Of a DNA stretch of 64,000 nucleotides, positions 55,737-64,000 are shown piece after piece. The notes under the pieces were generated by a model. The model did not search any database, was not told the origin of the DNA, and saw only the letters and a list, made by a program, of their open reading frames with translations. The stretch is from Alphaproteobacteria bacterium (GTDB lineage: Bacteria; Pseudomonadota; Alphaproteobacteria; RF32; CAG-239). The DNA is taken from contig DBFWPL010000023.1 of assembly GCA_048463395.1 (NCBI GenBank), positions 20,583 to 84,582 of the forward strand. The letters run 5' to 3'. The stretch's first letter is position 1, and each line of letters starts with the position of its first letter. The position numbers and the translations under genes were made by a program.

Positions 55737-57047
55737 ATGGCGAATTTTAGTCCTCGAGAAATTGTCTCTGAATTAGACCGTTTCATTATTGGTCAAAGTG
55801 AAGCAAAAAAGGCTGTTGCCGTAGCTCTGCGTAACCGCTGGAGAAGAATGCAGCTTTCTGAACACCTGAAAGAAGAAGTTGTTCCTAAAAATATTTTAAT
55901 GGTCGGACCGACCGGTGTCGGCAAAACCGAAATTTCCCGTCGTTTGGCAAAACTGGCTAAAGCTCCGTTTATTAAAGTCGAAGCCACGAAATTTACGGAA
56001 ATCGGCTATGTCGGACGTGATGTTGAATCTATCATTCGTGATTTGCTGGAAATCTCCATCAATACGACCAAAAACGAACTTCGCAAAAGCGTCAACGCCA
56101 AAGCGGAGCTCGCTGCCGAAGAAAGAGTTCTTGAAGCCTTGGTTGGTATAAATGCCAGCGACGAAACCAAACAAAAATTCCGCAAACTCCTGCGGGAAAA
56201 TCAGCTAAATGACAAAGAAATCGAAATCAGCGTCATTGACAACACAAATCCGAGCATGCCGACAATTGACATTCCGGGAATGCCCGGAGCCCAAATGGGC
56301 ATGATAAGCCTTGGCGACATACTGGGAAAACCGTTTGGTGATAAATATAAAACCAAGAAAATGACTGTCGGCGATGCTTATAAAGTCCTTATGGATGAAG
56401 AAAGCGACAAGCTTCTTGATCAAGACACCATTATCAACGCCGCAATCAAAGCGGTTGAAAATGACGGAATAGTCTTCATTGATGAGATTGACAAGATAGC
56501 CGGCAAAGACGAACGCCGCGGCGGCGATGTCTCAAGAGAAGGCGTTCAAAGGGATTTACTCCCTCTGATTGAAGGAACAACCGTTAATACCAAATACGGA
56601 CCGGTAAAAACAGACCATATCTTGTTTATCTGCTCCGGAGCTTTTCACTTATCCAAACCATCGGATTTATTGCCGGAACTTCAAGGCCGCCTGCCGATAC
56701 GCGTTGAACTGAAAGCCTTAAATCACGAAGACTTCGTGAGAATTTTAACCGAACCGGAAGCTAATCTGATTGAACAATACGTTGCTTTGATGAAAACCGA
56801 AAACTTCGACTTGGAGTTTGAGAAAGAAGCAATCGACAAGATTGCCGACATTGCCGTTGAAATCAATGAGAACGTTGAAAACATCGGAGCCCGCAGACTG
56901 CACACCGTTCTGGAAATTCTGCTGGAAGACATCAGCTTCAATGCTTCCGACCGCAGCGGAGAAAAAGAAACGATTACCGCCGCCATGGTTGAGGAGAAAT
57001 TATCCAAATATACTCAGGCAAGTGATTTGTCGAAATTTATTCTCTAA
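55737..57047 (+). CDS. hslU: ATP-dependent protease ATPase subunit HslU
   Basis: [32 protein letters not shown], Walker [10 protein letters not shown] and Walker [11 protein letters not shown]. Confidence 0.96.
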   Translation: MANFSPREIVSELDRFIIGQSEAKKAVAVALRNRWRRMQLSEHLKEEVVPKNILMVGPTGVGKTEISRRLAKLAKAPFIKVEATKFTEIGYVGRDVESIIRDLLEISINTTKNELRKSVNAKAELAAEERVLEALVGINASDETKQKFRKLLRENQLNDKEIEISVIDNTNPSMPTIDIPGMPGAQMGMISLGDILGKPFGDKYKTKKMTVGDAYKVLMDEESDKLLDQDTIINAAIKAVENDGIVFIDEIDKIAGKDERRGGDVSREGVQRDLLPLIEGTTVNTKYGPVKTDHILFICSGAFHLSKPSDLLPELQGRLPIRVELKALNHEDFVRILTEPEANLIEQYVALMKTENFDLEFEKEAIDKIADIAVEINENVENIGARRLHTVLEILLEDISFNASDRSGEKETITAAMVEEKLSKYTQASDLSKFIL

Positions 57048-58129
57048 TGCAGAAACTGGGAATTTACATACATTGGCCCTACTGTCTGAGTAAATGCCCG
57101 TACTGCGACTTTTACAAAGAAGTCCGAAAAGATATTCCGCAAGAACAAATCATTGCGGAATATCTGGAGGATTTAGACTTTTACCACAACCTTACTGCCG
57201 ACAAAAACATCATTTCCGTCTTTTTCGGCGGCGGCACCCCCTCTCTGATACAACCTCAATATATTGAAAAGATAATCAACCATATTCATAAAAAATGGCA
57301 TTGTGCTCCAAACATGGAAATTTCTCTTGAGGCAAACCCCAACAGCAATCGAAAAAATCTGTTTTCAGATTTAAAAAAAGCCGGAATTAACCGCTTGTCT
57401 TTGGGGGTTCAGGCCCTTAATGATACAGACTTAAAATTCCTTGGCCGAACACATAACTTGCAAACCGCCTTAAAATCCGTCAATGACGTAATACAGACTT
57501 TTGACAACCATTCCATAGACTTAATTTATGCCCGCCCGAACCAACGTCTTTCTGACTGGGAAAAAGAGCTTTCTCAGGCTGTTAATTTCGGTCTCAAACA
57601 CATCTCTTTATACCAGCTGACAATTGAAGAAGGCACCGTTTTTGCCAAAAAAGGCATTTCTCCTTTGGAAGAAGATGCTGCGGCGGAAATGTATTCTTTT
57701 ACGGAAGAATTTCTAAAACAAAACGGCTACCCTAGATATGAAGTATCAAACTTTTCCCTGCCTAATTATCAATCCAGACACAATCTGTTATACTGGCAAG
57801 GGGATGATTACGTCGGTATCGGCAAGTCCGCTCATGGCAGAATAACGCATAACGGTAAAATTTATGCCACAACCCATCACTGTCGGACAGAAGAACTAAC
57901 CCCTGAAGAACGAGCGGAAGAACTTATTATCATGGGATTACGCCTTACCGACGGCATAAATAAAAAACATTTTGCCGAAACCTGCGGAATTGAATTGAAC
58001 AGCTTTGTAAATAAAAACAAACTTTGGGAGCTGAAAGAAACGGGATTTCTCATTGAAACCCCGTCTTCTCTTAAAGCAACCCCTTTAGGATTTTTAGTTC
58101 TCAATAAGTTAATTGAAGAACTATGCTAA
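57047..58129 (+). CDS. hemW: radical SAM heme chaperone HemW (oxygen-independent coproporphyrinogen III oxidase-like)
   Basis: IHWPYCLSKCPYCDF contains CxxxCxxC. Also FFGGGTPS and the C-terminal HemN_C region. Confidence 0.9.
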   Translation: MQKLGIYIHWPYCLSKCPYCDFYKEVRKDIPQEQIIAEYLEDLDFYHNLTADKNIISVFFGGGTPSLIQPQYIEKIINHIHKKWHCAPNMEISLEANPNSNRKNLFSDLKKAGINRLSLGVQALNDTDLKFLGRTHNLQTALKSVNDVIQTFDNHSIDLIYARPNQRLSDWEKELSQAVNFGLKHISLYQLTIEEGTVFAKKGISPLEEDAAAEMYSFTEEFLKQNGYPRYEVSNFSLPNYQSRHNLLYWQGDDYVGIGKSAHGRITHNGKIYATTHHCRTEELTPEERAEELIIMGLRLTDGINKKHFAETCGIELNSFVNKNKLWELKETGFLIETPSSLKATPLGFLVLNKLIEELC

Positions 58130-58395
58130 CAAACCATCTGGTTAAAAAGCATTTCTTCTTCTCCAAAATAGTGATAAACATCCAGAATTCTGGTCAGCAT
58201 ATTCGGAGTAATCTCCTGCTCTCCGTTAATCATGGCTAACAACACCTCTTCATTAACTCCGGAGAGACGTGCCAGTTGATCCATACTGCAATCTGTGTTT
58301 TGTGTCAGTTCAATCAATTTTCTTCTGGATTGTTTTTGTATCAGTGCTTTTATAAAATCGTTAGATTCTTTAATATCCGGATTCTCTTCAATCAT
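58126..58395 (-). CDS. small XRE-type helix-turn-helix protein
   Basis: 89 aa. RKLIELTQNTDCSMDQLARLSGVNEEVLLAMINGEQ resembles an HTH_3 motif. Confidence 0.55.
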   Translation of the reverse strand: MIEENPDIKESNDFIKALIQKQSRRKLIELTQNTDCSMDQLARLSGVNEEVLLAMINGEQEITPNMLTRILDVYHYFGEEEMLFNQMVC

Positions 58396-58608
58396 TTACA
58401 TACCTTTCCATAAAAACGAACAAGACTCAAGGTATAACCTCAAAAAGGCAAGGTAAAGAGAATATCTTAGCTTGCTCTCTCAGCTGCAAGCCAGGTATTC
58501 CCACGACAAGCTATCCTCATCGCAAGATGCCTAAAACATAATATATTATTATCAGAAAACAACCCCGAAAGCAAACTTTTTCTATAAATATTTGGTATAT
58601 ACGATACT

Positions 58609-59511
58609 TCAATCCATGATTCCATAATTTCCGTTCACAAGCAAAAGCAGCATAATTAAGAAGAAAAGCATGGAGAAACCGGCTTTAACGGAAACATTAT
58701 CCGGAACCTTATTATAACGGTTGAGCATAAAAACAAAGATCGGCGAAGTCAAAAGCAACGCGGCAACATATCCCGGGTTGGGAGCCACCCTCATAGCCAC
58801 GGTTTTTGCCGTAATCAATGCCGCACTAAAACTGATAATATACAATCCGGCCTTAACCGCTTCCTTTGAAAAAACATTTGCAAAAAATCCCCTGAAACCG
58901 GGTTTCTCCCGAGAAATATAAAAATAAGTATTATAAACACCGCTGACAAATGTTACCACAACCAGATAATAAGTTACCGACATCCAAACGTCGCTTCCGT
59001 GAATAGCAATATCTTTGGTAATCACGCTCATACCGCCCAAAGCCAGCATCACCGGTATCATATATTTCAAAAGAGCCTTGGAGACAGGGCTTTTCTGCAT
59101 TTGCCAATAACTTACCGTAAACCCGAATAAAATCAAAATCAGTGTAATAAAAACCGTTCCGTCGTCAAATAACTGAATAAACTCATCCGGCGTCAAAGCC
59201 CACCACATAACCGTTGTTATTACTGCAGTCAAAGCCATCACTCGGGAAGTCGGCCCCGCTCCGTAAGTTGCCGAAGCCGTAAATAAATGGGAATCATAAA
59301 AGCCGATCATCCATCCCTGAATAATCAACAAAAACCAATAATAAGCACTTTGAGGAACCGGAAAGAAAAAAATAAACGGAAAAAAGAATAAAGAAATTCC
59401 CAAACCACGCCAAATTCCCAACAAATAACCGTTAAGTTTATAATGCTGGTTAACCAAAGTATACAACGCTGTAAAGAAACCGTAAATTAAACCGTTTATA
59501 ATCCAAACCAT
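58609..59511 (-). CDS. polytopic inner-membrane protein (about 9-10 TM), family not recognised
   Basis: I prefer ATG 59511, which has an AGAGAGG SD. The longer ORF in the track would run through the trxA terminator. Confidence 0.6.
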   Translation of the reverse strand: MVWIINGLIYGFFTALYTLVNQHYKLNGYLLGIWRGLGISLFFFPFIFFFPVPQSAYYWFLLIIQGWMIGFYDSHLFTASATYGAGPTSRVMALTAVITTVMWWALTPDEFIQLFDDGTVFITLILILFGFTVSYWQMQKSPVSKALLKYMIPVMLALGGMSVITKDIAIHGSDVWMSVTYYLVVVTFVSGVYNTYFYISREKPGFRGFFANVFSKEAVKAGLYIISFSAALITAKTVAMRVAPNPGYVAALLLTSPIFVFMLNRYNKVPDNVSVKAGFSMLFFLIMLLLLVNGNYGIMD

Positions 59512-59576
59512 CCGACCTCTCTTTTTTGAATATTCAAAATATAATCTAAAAAAAAGGAGATTGAAGTAATCGATAT

Positions 59577-59604
59577 AAAAAAAGAGCCCTAAAAGGCTCT
59601 TTTT
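59577..59604 (-). terminator. intrinsic terminator after trxA
   Basis: aaaaaaa-agagcc-ctaaaa-ggctct-tttt. Confidence 0.7.
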
Positions 59605-59622
59605 GATAACAACAAACAAATG

Positions 59623-59937
59623 TTATTGATTAGCTTCAATCCAACTGACTAAAGAAGATTTTGAATTTAATCCGACTTTAACGTCAATCTGTTTTCCGTC
59701 TTTAAATAAAAACAAAGTCGGAATGCTTCTGATACCATACTGAGCAGCAGTGTTCGGCGATTCGTCAACATTCATTTTGCAGATTTCTACTTTGCCGACC
59801 ATTTCTTTGGAAACTTCTTCCAAAACCGGTATCAACTGACGGCAAGGTCCGCACCATTCTGCCCAAAAATCAACCAAAACTAAACCTTTTGTCTTTAAAA
59901 CCTCCGTTTCAAACTGACTGTCGCTAATCGCTTTCAT
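59623..59937 (-). CDS. trxA: thioredoxin
   Basis: VDFWAEWCGPCR active site. 104 aa. Confidence 0.96.
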   Translation of the reverse strand: MKAISDSQFETEVLKTKGLVLVDFWAEWCGPCRQLIPVLEEVSKEMVGKVEICKMNVDESPNTAAQYGIRSIPTLFLFKDGKQIDVKVGLNSKSSLVSWIEANQ

Positions 59938-60036
59938 TTTTATTCCCTTTCTAAATTATGTAATCAATAGTTTTAATATAATGAATATTTTTTTATATTA
60001 AAGAGCATTTATACAAAATCCGCAAAATTAATTTTT

Positions 60037-63000
60037 TTAATCTACCTGCATAAGCAAAGATGTATCTGTCCACAAAATCAAAGAAACCACCTTTTTCTCC
60101 GGATAAATCCTTTCCAGCAGCTCTTTATAAGCTTTAAGCTGCTTTATATAAACTGCCGGAACATCTTCGGGAGCTGCCGCCGCCGGACGGTTTGTTTTGA
60201 AGTCAATAATCAAAACCCTGTTGTTTTCAACAACCAAACGGTCAATAACAGCCGAAATAATTTTTCCGTCAACAACACCCATAATCGGAACTTCGGCTTT
60301 TGAGTTCGGACCAAATAAACTTCCGTATTTTTCATCATTCAACAGCCTGAGAACTTCATGGTGGATTCGCTTTCTTTCATAATCCGCATAATCGGGAGCG
60401 TTTTTCAACAAAAATTCATCTATGACAGCTGTTTTGTCTTCCTTTTGCACGTCCGGAAGAAACTGCAAAAGCTTATGGATAAGCAAACCTCTGCGATAAC
60501 GGCTTTGACCGTTTTCTCCGATTGGCGACAATAATGGCAGCTCCTCTTCATCCTCGTCCGGTTTGGACGGCGTAAACGGTTTTGCCAAAGGATTCTCTTC
60601 CGGAGCCTTGTTTTTTATCCACGCCAAACCAGGAAGTTCGGCACTTTTACTTTTAATACTTTTAACTTCTTTAGGTTCGGCTTCCTGAGCAATACAATAT
60701 TCAATATTTCCGTTTTCTTTCTCATCCCCGAGCTTTGCCAGCGTTTTACGACAGATTTCATACCAGGATTCTTCCTTAGCCTTGTTCTTTTTCCGATAAC
60801 CGCAAATGCACAATCGGTCTTCCGCCCGCGTCAAAGCCACATATAACAAACGCTTGTATTCCTCAAGCTGCAATTCGGATTCCCGTTGCTTTATTTTATC
60901 GCAGTTTATGTCATAATCTTTGGAAGAAAGCGGGAAATAAAACAAATCATCCCACAACATTCCGCCTTCTTTTTTAACATTTACCACTCGCACCGTATCC
61001 GGAAGAATAACCACCGGAGCCTGCAAACCTTTGGAACCGTGAACCGTCATGACTCTGACCGCATCGGCATCGCTTTGCTCCAGTTCCCGCTTAATCTCAA
61101 TCTCATCTTTGGCAACCCAATTGATAAAGTTCTGCAAACTCGGAATATGTTCTCTTTCAAAATCAAGTGTCAGATTAATAAATTCATCCAAACCGTCTTC
61201 GGCTTCAAAGCCCATTCGTTCCACAAACTTCTTTCGTCCGCCCTGCTTGTTTAAAATATGTGAATACAGCTCAAACGGACGAACAAAATCAGCCATGTCC
61301 AAAAGCTCTTGTAACTGTTTGTAAACGTCTTCATACTTATCGGCAGTCCCCAACTTGGACCATAAAGCAACCGGCCCCCGATTATAGCATAAGTCAAACA
61401 AGTCATCATCATTCAAACCAAACAGCGGGGATTTGAGAATAGTCGCCAAGGTCAAGTCATCCGTCGGCAAAAGCAAAAACTTTCCAACCGCAACCAAATC
61501 CTGAATTGCTATTTGCTCAAGCAGTTTTATCTTATCAACACCGGCAATGTTGACATTCACGTTTTTGCACTCACGAACTAACTCTTCCACAAAGCTGTTA
61601 CGACGTTGCACCAAAATCATAAAATCTCGATATCTCAACGGCCGATTTTGTGAAACTAACAACTCACCGCCTTCAACCATGGTTTTAATCTTACGGGCAA
61701 TCTGCTTTGCCAATCTGGAACTTGTGGATTCGCCGGTTTTTCTCTCTACCGGCGGACGCCATCCTTCTTCGTTTTCCCCTTCCAAAGGTTCAATTAACGG
61801 CCAGAGCTCCACCTTGCCCCCATCCCCGATACGATACGGAATATGGGTAATATCCTGCCCTTCAAGGACAACGCCTTTTTTGGCGTAATCATCTTGAAAA
61901 ACCGAATTCACACTATCTAAAACAGCCGCCGTCGAACGGAAAGAAACATCCAAACGAACCTCATCAAAATTTTCCGACTTATGTGAAAAATACTGACGCA
62001 TACGTTCAAATTCCTGCGGATCGGCTCCCTGAAAACTATAGATGGATTGCTTTCTGTCCCCCACCGCAAAAACCGTGCGAACTTTTTCCCGAGCCCCTTC
62101 TCCGACAAAAAACTCTTCCGTAATGGAGCGAATAATCGCCCACTGATTCGGCGAAGTATCTTGAGCCTCGTCAATCAGCACATTGTCGATTCCCCCGTCC
62201 AGTTTAAACAACACCCAATCTGCAACGGTTTTATTTTCCAACAGCTTTTTTGTAATGACAATCAAATCTTCATAATCCATTTTAGAATGGATTTTTTTAT
62301 AGTATTCATACCCGTTGATTAAATCTTCAGCCAAATACAAAACTGCTTTCGTCGAAGTAAAAACCCGCAAAGCCGTTCTTTTTTCTTCCAGTCTCAAAAT
62401 CCGCTCCGCTTCTTTGGCAAACACCTCAGAAAGTTCCGGATAATCAGCCAAAGCTGCTTTTGTTCCCGCTTTAGCCAACGGTTTTCCATCTTTGGTTAAA
62501 AATAAGCTTTTATAGGTTTCATAATCAAATTTTTCGCTTAGTAACAAAGAAAGTTTTTCAGCCTTAGATACATCACTCGGCGTTCCTTTAAACCAGGCAT
62601 TCATTACCCGACGCAGAATATTTTCATCAATCGCAAACACAAAATCAGAAATCAGTTTTTCTTCCGTATCATCACAACAAACGCCCAAGCGAGCCGCCGT
62701 CTCCCTGATTAACTCACAAAAATCCGGATATCCCGCGAATAAAACGGCTATCCTGCTGCGATTGGCGGCAATCGCGTTCATGACTTCCGGAAACTTATAT
62801 TCGCTGACATTCTGAGTCAAATAAGCCAATGCCTGAGCTGATTGACTTTCCGGCTCGGATTCGATTTTTCTGAGTAATCCCTTTTTTATCTCATCCAAAG
62901 CTTCTGACGATGTTCTGTCATCCATAACTTCAAAATACGGAGAAATTTTTGCCTCCAGAGGAAACCTTTTTAAAATCTCCTGACAAAAACTGTGAATCGT

Positions 63001-63402
63001 CTGAATTTTCATTCCGCCCGGCGTATCCAACAAAACGGCAAACAACTTCCGGGCAGAGGCCTCTAAAGCTTCATAAGCTTTTCTCTCTGAAGGAAGAGAA
63101 CCTAGCAAAACGAATAATTCCTTATGCAATTCTTCCTCATCGGCAACAGCCCATTTGCTGAGACGTCCGGCAATTCGGGAACTCATCTCCACCGCAGCGG
63201 CTTTGGTATATGTCAGGCAAAGGATTTTAGAAGGATGAACCCCGCTTAATAAAATCCGCAACACTCGGTCAGACAAGACCTTGGTCTTACCGGTACCGGC
63301 AGAAGCTTCCACCCAAACCGAACGATTTGGATTCGCTGCCTTTCGCTGCTGCCCCGTAGCCAAGCCTCCTCTTTGTTCTTTTCTCTGTTTAAGCTCATTC
63401 AT
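60037..63402 (-). CDS. addA: double-strand break repair helicase AddA (alphaproteobacterial type)
   Basis: UvrD-like motifs VEASAGTGKT and VLIDEAQDTSP, plus a C-terminal PD-(D/E)xK-like region IIDFKTNRP. I prefer ATG 63402 (MNELKQRKEQ), 2 nt after the addB stop. Confidence 0.9.
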   Translation of the reverse strand: MNELKQRKEQRGGLATGQQRKAANPNRSVWVEASAGTGKTKVLSDRVLRILLSGVHPSKILCLTYTKAAAVEMSSRIAGRLSKWAVADEEELHKELFVLLGSLPSERKAYEALEASARKLFAVLLDTPGGMKIQTIHSFCQEILKRFPLEAKISPYFEVMDDRTSSEALDEIKKGLLRKIESEPESQSAQALAYLTQNVSEYKFPEVMNAIAANRSRIAVLFAGYPDFCELIRETAARLGVCCDDTEEKLISDFVFAIDENILRRVMNAWFKGTPSDVSKAEKLSLLLSEKFDYETYKSLFLTKDGKPLAKAGTKAALADYPELSEVFAKEAERILRLEEKRTALRVFTSTKAVLYLAEDLINGYEYYKKIHSKMDYEDLIVITKKLLENKTVADWVLFKLDGGIDNVLIDEAQDTSPNQWAIIRSITEEFFVGEGAREKVRTVFAVGDRKQSIYSFQGADPQEFERMRQYFSHKSENFDEVRLDVSFRSTAAVLDSVNSVFQDDYAKKGVVLEGQDITHIPYRIGDGGKVELWPLIEPLEGENEEGWRPPVERKTGESTSSRLAKQIARKIKTMVEGGELLVSQNRPLRYRDFMILVQRRNSFVEELVRECKNVNVNIAGVDKIKLLEQIAIQDLVAVGKFLLLPTDDLTLATILKSPLFGLNDDDLFDLCYNRGPVALWSKLGTADKYEDVYKQLQELLDMADFVRPFELYSHILNKQGGRKKFVERMGFEAEDGLDEFINLTLDFEREHIPSLQNFINWVAKDEIEIKRELEQSDADAVRVMTVHGSKGLQAPVVILPDTVRVVNVKKEGGMLWDDLFYFPLSSKDYDINCDKIKQRESELQLEEYKRLLYVALTRAEDRLCICGYRKKNKAKEESWYEICRKTLAKLGDEKENGNIEYCIAQEAEPKEVKSIKSKSAELPGLAWIKNKAPEENPLAKPFTPSKPDEDEEELPLLSPIGENGQSRYRRGLLIHKLLQFLPDVQKEDKTAVIDEFLLKNAPDYADYERKRIHHEVLRLLNDEKYGSLFGPNSKAEVPIMGVVDGKIISAVIDRLVVENNRVLIIDFKTNRPAAAAPEDVPAVYIKQLKAYKELLERIYPEKKVVSLILWTDTSLLMQVD

Positions 63403-64000
63403 CACCGCTCTCCTGAACCGACCATTCCTTAATTCGGGACAAATGTTCATAATCAGAATATTTGGGAGCGTATTTCGGATTTGGCTTGGAAATATAAGGT
63501 GTGGTTTCAAAATCAAAAACCGACACCAAATCTTTCAACCGTTGATACGAATTGTCCAACAGCTGCTCCATATTATCGTCAATAACGACTTCTTTGCGTC
63601 CCAACTGCCAATAAACAAGCTTTTCCACCTCTTTTGCCGGAATATTTTCAAATCCGCCAAACTTAGCGATTAACCCTTCAATCGGCAGCTGCGGGGCATA
63701 TCCTCCGGCAACCTCTTTCGGAGAACGAGCTTGTCCGGTTTTGTAATCAATAACATTTATTCGACCGTCCCGCGTTTCATCAACTCTGTCCGCTTTTGCC
63801 GTAATCGTAAATTTTCCGGCAGGAGCATCAAAAGAGAAACTTCCCTGAACTTCACTGTTAACCTTGGCAATATCTCGACGATACGGAGCTTCCGTTTCTG
63901 TCAGCCAATCAACCGTCTTTTCAAAATTCGGCCACCAAAAAGCCCTTGTCTCTTGAGCAACTTCATTTTCGGCAAAATATTCCCGCCCCAGTTTCAAAAG
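63395..64000 (-). CDS. addB: double-strand break repair protein AddB, C-terminal part (continues beyond window)
   Basis: The reading frame is open to position 64000. C-terminal nuclease-like VIDYKTGQ and the Cys-free alphaproteobacterial AddB tail. Sits immediately upstream of addA. Confidence 0.8.
   Translation of the reverse strand, partial: LLKLGREYFAENEVAQETRAFWWPNFEKTVDWLTETEAPYRRDIAKVNSEVQGSFSFDAPAGKFTITAKADRVDETRDGRINVIDYKTGQARSPKEVAGGYAPQLPIEGLIAKFGGFENIPAKEVEKLVYWQLGRKEVVIDDNMEQLLDNSYQRLKDLVSVFDFETTPYISKPNPKYAPKYSDYEHLSRIKEWSVQESGDE

Noticed and set aside
58126-59511. The small XRE-HTH protein considered as an antitoxin or prophage repressor paired with the adjacent membrane protein.
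   Set aside because: There is no toxin-sized partner ORF and there are no phage genes. The HTH gene is separated from the membrane gene by 213 bp and simply converges on hemW.
1-64000. A search for hallmark domains of known anti-phage defence or toxin systems (nucleases, SIR2/TIR, STAND NTPases, reverse transcriptase, Cas proteins, restriction-modification methyltransferases, toxin-antitoxin pairs).
   Set aside because: I recognised none by motif in any listed ORF. The only ATPases outside housekeeping are the VirD4-like protein and ComM.

Overview
The window is 64 kb of a low-GC (about 40% by eye) chromosome and is almost entirely coding. Gene content points to an alphaproteobacterium: an ATP12-family chaperone, alpha-type AddA/AddB next to trxA, hslVU, CarD/CdnL and a YlxR-L7Ae fusion. 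Several features suggest a host-associated Holosporales- or Rickettsiales-like lineage, but I cannot name the organism. The backbone is housekeeping. It includes asmA, rluC, rarA, truA, recX, hslO, apaG, carD, trmL, ychF, pth and rplY, then the pnp-rpsO-truB and rbfA-infB-ylxR-nusA-rimP superoperon. It continues with an lptF/G-family permease, tyrC, cysK, gmk, yicC, ampG, nrdAB, rplI-rpsR-rpsF, comM/yifB, hslVU, hemW, trxA and addAB. I found no rRNA, tRNA, CRISPR array, transposase or integrase. Five regions stand out as accessory or unexplained. (1) A tight three-gene operon at 5957-10812 encodes a pentapeptide-repeat protein, an orphan VirD4/TraG-type coupling ATPase and an HExxH protein. 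It has its own near-consensus promoter, and no type IV secretion system (T4SS) channel genes occur anywhere in the window. This is my best candidate for an undescribed system. (2) A visibly AT-richer four-gene glycan-modification insert at 19961-24278 splits the conserved pth/ychF pair. Its enzymes share a short terminal peptide motif. (3) A two-ORF module at 29683-31477, flanked by terminators, sits between rbfA and truB. (4) An 836-aa secreted mosaic protein at 52595-55105 carries Cys-rich and acidic tandem repeats. Its C-terminal trypsin-like domain appears to have all three catalytic residues substituted. (5) A TolC-like lipoprotein is fused to a SPOR domain. I also call tandem NrdR boxes upstream of nrdAB, a promoter with a long structured leader for rpsF, and twelve intrinsic terminators. 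All family assignments come from motif recognition by eye, and no database search was possible.
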